From: Tetramitus jugosus
Taxonomy: Eukaryota > Protista > Heterolobosea
Length of the DNA: 64,000 nt
Reading direction: 5' to 3'
NCBI GenBank assembly: GCA_937625935.1
Contig: OW569354.1
Location: 124,001-188,000, forward strand
The notes below the pieces were generated by a model. The model saw only the letters and a list, made by a program, of their open reading frames with translations, was not told the origin of the DNA and made no database searches. Position numbers and translations under genes: made by a program. Of the stretch, positions 1 through 11,415 are shown piece by piece. Position 1 is the first letter of the stretch, and every line of letters starts with the position of its first letter.

Positions 1-29
1 TGTGAGTGTTGGACTTTATCGATTTTTTG

Positions 30-1824
30 TTACTTGGTTCCGGTGGAGGGTGCATTTCCTACTTTTGGTTGACTACTCAAAGTTGTGCCAAACTCTTCAT
101 TCCATGCAATCAACTCTTTGATATTCTTCTGTGACACTGTTGGTCTCACGCGACCGAGAGAGGCCTGGAAATCCTGGAGTGTGATTGCTCTCAATTGATC
201 CGGTTGTAAAGTCAATAGTTGTTGACTGTTAATCTCACGAATTCCTACCATGGCGGACTCCTGACATAACGCTTTCATATCACTACCACTGTAACCTTCA
301 GTCATGGACGCAATTTGATCGTAGTCTTGTGGACTCAAATTGACAACGTTGGATTTCAAGGCATTTTGAATGAGAGCTAGACGGGCTTCCTTATCGGGCA
401 AAGGAATATAAATTCTCTTGATAAATCTTCGAAGAATGGCATCATCCAAATCATTGGGTCTATTGGTAGCTCCCATCACCAAGACACGATTGTTGTTTGA
501 CGTGGAAGTCACTCCATCAATCTGCACCAAAAATTCAGTTTTCATTCTTCTGCTCGCTTCATTTTCGCCCGAGCTTCTACTGGTCAGGATAGAGTCGATC
601 TCATCAATGAAAATGACACTGGGAGCCAAGTAGTTTGCAGCAGAGAACAATGCCTTGACCAATCTCTCTCCTTCACCTTGCCACTTGCTGACAAGAGTGC
701 TGGAGCTAATGCTAAAGAATGTAGCTTGACATTGTGAGCTGACAGCCTTTGCTAAAAGAGTTTTACCTGTTTGTTCAAAGAAAAATTGCAAGTCAAAATC
801 AGTTAAAACTACAACTAAACTATAAGAACAAAATGAATGATAACTTACCTGTTCCGGGAGGTCCAAACAACAACACACCACGAGCAGGAGCTCTCAATCC
901 ATAGAAAATGTCAGGTCTCAGCGATGGTAAGACAATTGCTTCGTGTAGAACTTGCTTGGCATCTTTCAAACCAGCAATGTCCTCCCACTTGACAACAGTG
1001 CCCTCACTCTCCACAACTTGATACAAAATCTGTTGGAGAAGCTTTGGATCAACACCCTGTAGCTCTGGAATTTTTGACAAATCGTCAGAGATATCTCCTC
1101 CGGCTCCTGCGTTCTTTGTAACTTCTTTTGCTCTCTGTTGGGCTTGAGAGCTGGCGACAATGGAAGCTGGGATAGCACTGGCAGGATTACTGCCGCTTAA
1201 AGCTGTATTGGCTGAAGCAGATGATCTTTGTTGTTGCTGTTGTTGCTGCAACAATTGCTGCTGTGATGTGATAGTTCCTTGTTGCTGTTGAGAGGAGGGA
1301 GCGGTTGGAGCTCCAACGTTCGGATTGGTCATTGGAGATTTGGGTGCTACATTTTGATTGTAGGACATTCCTGGTGTAGTGGATTGTGCTTGTTGGTAAT
1401 AGGTCATGGGAGCAGATGGGTTCAAATTTGGATTCATTGGAGAACTAGAAAGTTGCGGTTGATTGTAGGGAGAGGGAGAAGTCATATGACTCGGAGAATA
1501 TGTATAGCTCTGTTGTGGTGGAGGTGGAAAGGAAGCTCGTCTTTGCTGCTGCTGCTGAGGTTGCTGTTGTGTCATTATACTATTGTACTCATAGCTTTGT
1601 GATTGTGAAGGGATTGACATTGAGATTTGATCAGTCTGATTCCAACTCTGTTGATTTCCGCCAATTGGTAGACCTGGCATATAGGATGGCATATGGGGAG
1701 GGTTGTTGGTTGGATAGGGGCACGAGGAAGAAGAAGCGGCTGAGCCCTGTTGGCCACCCAGTTGAAAATTATAGGGATTATTGGGGGAATTGAATTGATC
1801 GTACGGTACTCTTGTTGGATCCAT
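30..1824 (-). CDS. Fidgetin-like/spastin family AAA+ ATPase; 2 exons (intron 767-848)
   Basis: Splicing GTAAGT..ACAG joins Walker A GPPGT|GKT. Also WEDIAGL, Walker [28 protein letters not shown] and Vps4-C-like WNEEFG. Q/P/S-rich N-terminus. Confidence 0.9.
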
Positions 1825-2036
1825 TGTATCGGTTTTTCTGCTCTGTTGTAGTGGTTCGTTTTGTGGTTGACTAAAAATCCAATAAATTGTTCGTCGATGA
1901 TCTCATTGTTAATTTTAGGAAGGAGTCGCAGTAAAATTACAACCGAAACTCAAGGGAACAATGTTCAAACACAAGGGACATCATGATGATTGTTTTAGGA
2001 AATATTTATGTTGGCTGATGTACATTGATGATTCAC

Positions 2037-5000
2037 TTATTGGTATCCGACAATGGTGCCAAGATTTCTTTCAATCTGTTCAACGGACTTGTTTGTTCTT
2101 TGGGCATAGTCCTCAACTTGATCCTTTGCAATTTTACCTACAGCAAAGTACTGTGATTCCTCGTGTGCAAAGTACAAACCGGAAACAGCAGCAGCTGGAG
2201 TCATGGACAATGTCTCAGTCAAACCAATACCGGTTCTGCTCTCAATGTCTGCCAACTCCCACATAACCAACTTCTCATCGTGATCTGGTTGCGAAGGATA
2301 GCCGGGAGCAGGTCTAATACCTTGATACTTGATCTTGAGCAAGTCATCAGTGTCAAAATGCTCGCTAGAACTGTATCCCCAGTAGTCCTTTCTGACTTCC
2401 TCGTGAAGAACTTCAGCAAAGGCTTCAGCAAGACGATCGGCCAAAGCCTTGGTCATGATGGAGTTGTAGTCATCAAAAGTCTCTTCGTACTTCTTTACCA
2501 TAGCCTCAGCACCAAACACAGCAACAGCGAATTGACCAATGTAGTCCTTAATACCAGTTTGCTTTGGTGCAATAAAATCAGAGATACACATGTATGCTCC
2601 GTGCTTCTCCTTCTCGGCTTGTTGTCTCAAACCGTGGAAGACAGCCTTAACAGTTGTACGATCTTCATTCTCATACAATTCAATATCATCTCCAGAAGAG
2701 TTGGCTGGATAGAATCCAATAAGACCCTTGGCAACAAACAACTTCTCCTCAACAATTCTCTTCAATAAGTCTTGAGCAGCATCGAACAACTTCTTTGCTT
2801 CCTCACCTACAGTTTCATCATTGAAAATCTTTGGATAACCTCTGTTTGGATATTTGCCCTTCAATTGCCAAACAGCAAAGAATGGATTCCAATCAATTCT
2901 TGAAATCAACTTTGTTAGTGGGTAGTCCTCGAACACCTTTTCACCCATGAGGGTTGGTGCAGCAACTGGTGGTTGATTCACCCAATCTATCTGTAGCTTG
3001 TTCTTTCTGGCTTGTTCCAAAGTCAAGAATCTTCTCTCTTGCAATGATTCATAGTGCTCTTCTCTCAATTCATCATACAACTCCTTGATTTCGTCCATAT
3101 ATTCCGTTCTCTTGGCAGGGTCCAAGAGAGATGAGGCAACAACGACAGATCTCGATGCATCCAACACGTGAACAACAGGGGCATTATAGTATGGAGTAAT
3201 CTTGACAGCAGTGTGAGTTCTTGAAGTGGTAGCACCACCAATGAGGAGAGGAGCAACCAATCCTTGTCTTTGCATTTCCTTGGCAACGTGAACCATCTCA
3301 TCCAATGAAGGGGTAATCAATCCAGAAAGACCAATAATGTCTGCACCAATTCTCTTGGCCTCAGCAATGATCTTCTCACAAGGAACCATCACACCAATGT
3401 CAAACACCTCATAATTGTTACAACCTAACACAACACCAACAATATTCTTACCAATGTCGTGAACATCACCCTTCACAGTAGCCAAAAGAATTTTTCCAGC
3501 ATTGGATTGTTGAACAATACCTAGCTTTCTCTTTTCTTCCTTGATCTTCTCCATGTATGGAATCAAATAGTTGACTGCAGTTTTCATCACACGAGCACTC
3601 TTAATAACTTGAGGCAAAAACATTTTTCCAGCTCCAAACAAGTCACCAACAACATTCATACCATCCATCAATGGGCCTTCAATAACCCTCAATGGCTCAG
3701 GAAACTTTTGTCTGGCTTCTTCGGTATCCTCGATAATAAATTCAACGATACCCTTGATCAAAGAATACTTCAATCTTTCCTCGACAGAAGTATTTCTCCA
3801 TTCGAGGGCGCTAGCCTTCTTGACAGAACTCTCTCTAGAGTCCTTGTTTTCTCTCATTTCTTGAGCAAAGGCCAGCAATTGTTCAGTAGCTTCATTGTGA
3901 GTGTTCAAGATGGCAGCCTCACACAAATTCAAAATATCCTTTGGAATATCGTCATAAATTGGCAAAGCACCAGCGTTCACAATACCCATATCCATACCGA
4001 CCTTGATGGCGTGGTACAAGAAAGCACTGTGCATTGCTTCTCTGATCACTTCCAAACCACGGAAAGAGAAGGACAAGTTGGACACACCACCGCTAATCTT
4101 GGCATATGGCAAGTGCTTCTTGATAAGCTTGATCGATTCCAAGAATTCAACACCATAATTGTTGTGCTCATCAATACCAGTGGCAATGGTTAAAATATTT
4201 GGATCAAAGATGATATCTTCAGGTCTGAAGCCAACAATCTTGGTCAAAATGTTGTATGCTCTTTCACAAATGTCAAACTTGCGCTGAGCATCGGTTGCTT
4301 GTCCGACTTCATCAAAAGCCATAACAACGAGAGCAGCACCATACTTCAACACTTCCTTTGCATTCTTGATAAACTCAGCCTCACCTTCCTTCAAACTGAG
4401 AGAGTTGACAATACACTTGCCTTGGACACACTTCAATCCCTTCTCAATCACAGAGAACTTGGAAGAGTCAATCATGATTGGAATCTTGGAAATTTCTGGT
4501 TCGGACATGACCAAATTCAAGAATCTGTTCATGGCAAAGTGAGAGTCCAGCAAACCTTCATCGAAATTGACATCGAGAATCTGAGCACCTGCCTCGACTT
4601 GAGCTCTAGCAACAGCCAAAGCATCATCATACTTGTTGTTCATAACCATCTTCTTGAAACGAATAGAACCAGCAACGTTACATCTCTCACCAACGTTCAA
4701 AAAGTTGGATGAGCTAGTGTATCTCAATGGCTCCAAACCAGACAATCTCATGTCAGTAATCTTGGCAATTCTTTGTCTAGGTTTGTACTCTGCAGCCACT
4801 CTAGCAATAGCGGCAATGTGATCTGGAGTAGAACCACAACATCCACCAACAATATTGACAAAGCCAGATGCCAAAAAGTCGCGAACTTCTTCAGCCATCT
4901 CCTCTGGCTTTTGTCTGTAAGCACCCATCTCATCAGGCAAACCAGCATTTGGATAAGCAGAGACATAGCACTCTGCACACTCAGAGAGCGCTTGAACAAA

Positions 5001-5894
5001 CGGTCTCATTTGCTTTGTACCCAAAGCACAGTTCAAACCAACAGACATCATATCACTGTGCATGACAGAAATGTAAAAGGCCTCAGTAGTTTGACCAGAC
5101 AATGTTCTACCAGAAAGATCAGTAATGGTACCAGAAATGAACACTGGATATCTCATGTTCACTTGTTCAAAAAAGGTCAGACATGCGTAAATGGCAGCCT
5201 TTGCATTCAAAGTATCAAAAATGGTTTCAATCAACAAAATATCAGCTCCACCGTCAATCAAACCCCTGATTTGTTCCAAATAGGCAGTCACAAGTTCATC
5301 AAAAGCTATAGCAGGATTGAAATGTTCACCATGAAAATTGTTGTGTTAAATAAAAAAATTCATCACATGCCACAACAAAAAAAATACCAATAAGAAATAA
5401 AAAAAATACTTACAAACATTTCTGAATCCAGGATCTTCAACAGATGGTGAAATGGAAGCAGTTCTATTGGTTGGACCAAGAGCTCCAGCAACAAACCGAG
5501 GCTTGCTTGGATTCATTTGATTATACTTTTCACAAGCCTTCTTTGCCACTTCAGCAGAACACTTGTTTAGCTCATATGCCAAATGTTCACACTTGTAATC
5601 AGCTTGAGCAATCGTAGTACTAGAGAAGGTGTTTGTCTCAATCATATCAGCACCTGCTTCCAAATACTTTTCATGAATCTCTTGAATGATATCGGGTCGT
5701 GTAATACTCAACAAGTCATTGTTACCCTTGAGATCGTGAGAGTGATCCTTGAATCTCTCTCCTCTGAAATCTTCTTCTTCCAACCGATATCTCTGAATCA
5801 TGGTACCCATCGCACCATCGATAATCATGATACGTTGCGACAAAATGTCGGCCAGTTGTTGCTTCACTGGTGATGGTGGAATAAGAGAAGTCAT
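2037..5894 (-). CDS. metH: Cobalamin-dependent methionine synthase; 2 exons (intron 5306-5413)
   Basis: [23 protein letters not shown] pterin domain, B12-binding [12 protein letters not shown]-activation [14 protein letters not shown]. Splicing gives ...FRNV-SFDELV... Confidence 0.97.
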
Positions 5895-6213
5895 GTTGTC
5901 GTTTGTTTGGTTTTTTCAACAGGAAATATCAAGAGTAAAGAGAGGAGTTTGCTTTTGTTGTTTGCTTTATTGGAGCGAGTGCGTGTGGCGAACGGAAATT
6001 TTTTTTCACTCTGTGAGTGTGAGGGGTGTGTGAGCGGTAGAGAACACCAAATTGAGATCAGACGACATATTTCCCGATTGAATTTGCAGGTGAAATTTCG
6101 ACAACGTGTCCATCCATTCCAAAGCAATAAAGATCCATGCGTCGAAGAAATGCAGGCGAGGTTGGAGTGTCGCGAAGATACTTTCAGATAAAGTGAACAC
6201 GCAATGAATAGTT

Positions 6214-7012
6214 TCAGATTTGGTTGAGGTGGAATCGACTCAGACACTGAGGAATGCTACTAATGATTGTTCCAAACTTTGACTTTTCATAAAAGTCACA
6301 TAGAGGTACAGCTTGAAACCTGAGATTCACAGGAACTTGAAACTTGCACCGCTCAGGCAACATGACTACAAAAATCTTTTTGCATTCCTTGGGCTTTGTT
6401 ATATGAGCTGGAGTATATGGATAGAACAACGTTTCAAAATTTGGTCTATACCACACTGAGATACACTCTCCAATCTGCCAATCTGGCTGAGCTTCCTTGC
6501 TTGTTGGTGCCAATCTCTTTGTAAGCTTACGCTTCAAGCAATCTACATCATCTTCACCTGCTCTACATCTGCCGCCAGGTCTATCAATTTGATACATGAA
6601 AAAAAATTGGCGCCAAATTCATGAGTGGTAAGCTTTTAACGAGCTCACAACAAGAACACACGATATAAACACTACAAGAAAGTGAAACTTACAACTTGAA
6701 AAAACCCTTGACATTGTTGCCAATGCACAACAGCAGCACATGTGGATGACCATGCTTGTGAACCAATAGGACAGCTTCCACAGATCTTCTCATTCCATCT
6801 TTCTCATACTTTTCTTTCATTCTTGTCAACCTCATTGCTACGCTTTTGTCCTTCTCATGTTGAGCCTCCTTTGTGTCAAAAGTGTAGTTCTCAATGCGGT
6901 AAATGTCGAGAGTGGGATGACGAACTGGTGTTGACAAGGGTCTGGGTATTGATTGCTGGAGCTGGGCTTGCTGTTGCTGTTGCTGTGGTTGTTGTGATTG
7001 CTGGGCTTGCAT
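6214..7012 (-). CDS. NUDT21: Cleavage factor Im 25 kDa subunit; 2 exons (intron 6581-6692)
   Basis: [33 protein letters not shown], spliced FKL|[22 protein letters not shown]. Confidence 0.95.
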
Positions 7013-7140
7013 TGTTGTTGCTTTGTTTTTTGATCAAGTTCTGGGATGTTGTGATTTCCCGACTCGGCCAATTTCCGGAAGAGGAGAAATGATGAAAACA
7101 AAAAGCAACCTTGGATACAATTGATGTAGCAAGTAATTAC

Positions 7141-9393
7141 TTATTTACTCTTTTTCTTTTTCTTCATGATCACAATACCGTTAATCGTAGGAGGGATGAC
7201 CTTGCTTGGCTCTTCTCTCACGACTTCGTGCTCTTTGCCTTTTGACTGGAACCAGATGGATGGACCATCCTTGGAAGAGCCAACCTTGGCATTTGGTGCG
7301 CCACTTAATGTTGGGAATTCTTCTTCCTTGTTCTTCTTCTTCAATGGCTTCTGTGCTGTTTGAGGAGTGACAGGACCCCAATTTGCTGGTGGTTGAAATT
7401 CAACTGCTGCAGGCTTCTTACTCTTCTTCTTTTCCTTTGCGGCAGCCGAAGAAGACTTGGTGGCAGTAGATCGTGAATCCTTTTGTGGTTCATCTGCCTT
7501 ACCCAACTCCTTGCTGTGATAAGAAGCACGTGCTAGATTCAAAGCATCAATCTTTTGTGTGTCACGTTCAGGCATAGTTTCAATCAACAGTGGATACAGT
7601 TCATTGGCCATGTTCTCGCCAAATGTTCTGACAAACTTGGCATAGTATTCAGTGGCAAACATGTTTCCCTTCTGGAAGTCTGTTGACACTGTTCTAAAGT
7701 CGTTAAACTTGTCAAGTGAAACAGACTCCTTCATTCTCTTGATTAAGAGTGCTGTTCTATCCTTAAGAGAGTCATTCGAAGCTGCTGACAAAGGTCTTGA
7801 TGGAGTAAAAGCACTCCGAGAACTCTCTGCAGGTGCGACATATCGAATCTTGTTCTCTTCTTCGGCACTACCGGACGGCACTTGTGATGATCCATCCTTC
7901 CTCTTTAGTGTTTTGCTAGCCTTCTTTGGCGTTGGATAGTCCTTACTCGATGCCGAAACACCACCAGAATTGATTCCATCATTGGCATAACCATTGTTCT
8001 CTGCGATACCAATGAATCGAATCACTGAGGCATCAACCATACCTGTACGCAAATCTCTTCTCGTACGTTCTTGCATTTGATTTTCTATAACTTGTCCACT
8101 GCTTGATCCACTGGCAAACAAATCCAAATTGAGTTTTGTTCCCTTCTTTCCAGTGCCCTTCATAAACTTTGCCGTGTGTTCCTTGAGTGTATGCGTTTGC
8201 AATTCAATCTCAGTCGCAAACGCAACAAAGTGCTTCTCCTGACACAATGATTCCTTGCACACAAAATGACACTTTTCAAAATGCTTTTCCAACAGTGGAT
8301 AATCCTTGTAAAACTCGAATTGAACACCGCTTCTCTCACACAGGAAGCATGTTTCATGCGCAGAGTACATGTGCTTGAACAAGTCTCCATCTTCATAGAA
8401 TCGTCTGTTACAGAATCGACACATTGGATGACCATTGATCTTTCCGAATTGACCATCAGTCTCACCAAATTTCTGATGGTGTTGCAACTGTGCAAACGTG
8501 TACAATTTTTGTTCCTTGACGAACACTTTTCTGTTCTCTAGACACAATTGACTATATGAGTGAAAAAAATTGTGAATAAAAAAGTTCTTTTCTCACACAT
8601 AAAGACAACAACAACAATAAAAAAAAAAGGAAACATACCAATAGAGCAAATTGTGCTTGGTGGAGACGTGATTCTTGAGTTGATGAATCGAAGGAAACAC
8701 TGCATCATAGTCAGTTTCTTCCTTTTCCTCCTTTTCCGTACCTGTTGTTGTTGTTTTCGACTTCGATAAGGATGATTTTTCAACACAAACACGACACTTG
8801 AGTGCCACCAAATCTTCCAAGTGATCTCTAATGGCTTCATTCGCACAATACGTGCCCTTGAAACTCTTTTCATTCATTGGAATCAACTGATTGAGTTGAT
8901 AATCTTGAAAGGAGAGTGATGATGATGAAGAAGATGATGTAGTGGCAGCAGCAGCAGCAGGTATGATAATGACACGATTCGATAACACTTTGCATATACA
9001 ACAATGATCATCATGCATCAATTTTCGCAATGATAGAGTGCACTTGTAGCACACGTCATTGTGTTGACAGTGTTCGTACAGTGTGCGATAAGGTTGATCC
9101 TGTGCACAAATTAAACAAGAAAATGTGGTGGTAGAATTGTTATTGTTACTACTGCTACTTGATGATGTTGTGAACGTTTTTATAATTTCATGTTTTTGTT
9201 GTTGTTGTTGAGGTTGCTGTTGTGATGATGGAGGTGGTTGTTTGTTGTGTTGTTGTTGTTGTGATGATTTCTTTTTTTGACCATTTTTTTTGGATGTGTT
9301 GTTGTTGCTATTGGTGTTGTTGTTCATGTGTTGGACCTTTGATAATTTATTGGTGGTGGTCTTTGTAGAAGTGTTGTTGTTGCTGCTGCTCAT
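7141..9393 (-). CDS. ZNF598: ZNF598/Hel2-like RING E3 ligase with C2H2 fingers; 2 exons (intron 8552-8638)
   Basis: RING CLIC..CQHNDVCYKC..CCIC, spliced YCQLCLENRKVF, GHPMCRFC, C2H2 repeats, EEEFPTL motif. Confidence 0.88.
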
Positions 9394-9749
9394 GATTGTT
9401 GTTGTGTGTAAAAATTGTGTGTTGTTGTTGTGTGTTTGTTTCGTTTTTTTTGTTGTTGCTTGTGTGCGATAATGTTGTTGGTCTTTCGATTGATTGATGA
9501 TCAAACAGTGTGTCCGTGTCTCCGTTGTGCGTCGTGTAGCTAAATAGTGCTTATTTTATGGTGCTATGTATGATTTTATGTGAGAATATTCTCTCTTTGC
9601 TCTTTTGAGTTGGCCGACGAATAAATTTCGCCTTGCGCGTAAATTTGGGGCTTGAGTTCTGCGCTTTCGAAGTCCTCTCCCAAAGGACAAAAAAATGAGA
9701 GTCTTTCTTCAGCGCTTCCCTTCCGTCAGAAGTCAAGCTCAGCAACGCA

Positions 9750-10052
9750 TTAATTGTATGTGCCAGGTGAAAAAGTTTGGGGAGTATTTTCCAGATTCTG
9801 AGCTCCATAGCCATTCATCTGCTGTGGTTGTGGTACCACATGGAATACTTGTTGCATCTGCGATGGATCGAAATAAGGGAATTCTTCCATTGTTATCCCA
9901 TCTGCATGTACCACCACAATGACGTATTGGTTGTTCCTCGAAATGGCAAATGCAGTTGGATAAGTACAGACATCCATGAATGGTTGCATCTGAGTTGCAG
10001 GACCGTAGAATCCGTTGTCATTGGCTTGAGATACGTGGGTGTGATAGTTCAT
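9750..10052 (-). CDS. Orphan 100-aa hypothetical protein
   Basis: ATG-started ORF after an A/C-rich leader like other genes here; no recognisable domain. Confidence 0.35.
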   Translation of the reverse strand: MNYHTHVSQANDNGFYGPATQMQPFMDVCTYPTAFAISRNNQYVIVVVHADGITMEEFPYFDPSQMQQVFHVVPQPQQMNGYGAQNLENTPQTFSPGTYN

Positions 10053-10543
10053 TTGTTAGGTTGATGGTGTTATTGGTTTTGTTTGTTGTGCTTTTTTGTT
10101 GTAAAGATAAGAGCTATTGTCATTCGTGGTACCAGATCAGTACCGGTACTGCCTGAAACGATACCATTACTTTGACAAGTACTGACCGGTTTTTGTGCTT
10201 TGGGTGCTACTTTTTGCTTACTCATTGATGGGTGACGTTCATTAGCCCGCCCTTTCGTATTGTAACAAATTCCCATTTCTCCTCCCAATGATTTCGCCTT
10301 TCCCTTTTTTTTCAACCATTTCAGCTGCTCCGATTTCATAGTTGAGCGTCATTGTTATGTGTCTTCCTTGTGGGAGATGAATAGGGGATGAAGGGTGTCG
10401 ACGCACCTCCTCTTCACCCTGTTCACGAATGATTTTGCTTTCTTTTCCGCCATAACCTTCGTTTCGCCTCTTTCCCCACCAGCATGAGGAATGTCCCTAT
10501 GCGGCCCAAAAACGTGGAAATAGCTCATTTTCGCCTATAGAGT

Positions 10544-10663
10544 GTCTACGTTCATACAATGGTGGAACCACCTCTTCCCATTTCGAATAGAGAAGTTAAG
10601 CACCATCTGGCTGAGTTAGTATTGAGATAGGAGACTACTCGAGAACCCTCAGTAATGTAGGCT
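10544..10663 (+). rRNA. 5S rRNA gene
   Basis: ~120 nt. Terminal helix GTCTACGTT/AATGTAGGC; ATGGTG/CACCAT; CTCT/AGAG around CCCATTTCGAA; GAAGTTAAGC; CTGAG/CTCAG; TAG-GAGA-CTA; ends at a TTTT Pol III terminator. Confidence 0.9.
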
Positions 10664-10779
10664 TTTACCTTGGATTTTTCACACTGAACCTTCAATCAAT
10701 TTTTGCACAAAAATCAATTTCGCGCAAAAAACAAAAACAACGACCGACACACCACTCCATTGCATCGTCATTAATAATA

Positions 10780-11325
10780 ATGAGCGCCACCATATCATCT
10801 ACATCATTCATCCAAGCGCCCATCACCATTAGTCTCAGAGTGAGACCAGATGCCGAACTCAGTCTCAAAACAGTCGAACGGACATTGCAACACATGTTGT
10901 TCACACCATTGTTTGAACCAAACAGAAATCAGAAACGATCGTATCGGATATTGATGGCATACAGCAATCCACAGATTGTAAGCGAGGCAGGCATATGGAA
11001 GAATATTGTGAAACCGTTTGTCAGCACTCAAGTTCACATGGATGCCCTATTGTGGCAAGTCAAAGCAGGTGATATTTGCTATGGACAGATTACAGACATT
11101 ATGACGACAGTGGGAGATTACAGTAAGGCCAGTGTGTCCGTGTTTGATCATTTCTCTGCTCAGGTACTCATTCCAAACAACGCATCTGACTTTTCCCAGT
11201 ACGAAACTCAGTCATGGATACAATTTACACTCTCTTCTGTTCGATTGCAATTCAATACGGATAGTGTCTTTTTGGAGGGTAATATTAAGGCTCAGAACGG
11301 AGATGGAATCGTAAAGATGGAATAA
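10780..11325 (+). CDS. RNA polymerase I subunit A43-like (RPA43/Rpb7 family)
   Basis: LMAYSN...PFV..V.MDALLWQ.KAGD...GQI...VSVFDHFSAQV resembles RPA43 SHS2 + S1 domains. Confidence 0.6.
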   Translation: MSATISSTSFIQAPITISLRVRPDAELSLKTVERTLQHMLFTPLFEPNRNQKRSYRILMAYSNPQIVSEAGIWKNIVKPFVSTQVHMDALLWQVKAGDICYGQITDIMTTVGDYSKASVSVFDHFSAQVLIPNNASDFSQYETQSWIQFTLSSVRLQFNTDSVFLEGNIKAQNGDGIVKME

Positions 11326-11415
11326 ACAAAACATTAAGAAATAGGAAAAAAAACACGATGAATGTGAAGTGTTTTATATCAATTGATATGTGTGTGTGTG
11401 TGTGAATAGAAAGGA

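Noticed and set aside
2163-5393. Long antisense ORFs over metH (also over PLAA, PPAN and VMA5)
   Set aside because: Shadow ORFs caused by codon bias in highly expressed genes.
10320-10350. Minus-strand GGAGCAG resembling SRP RNA helix 8
   Set aside because: The opposing CAGG strand and GNRA stem are missing.
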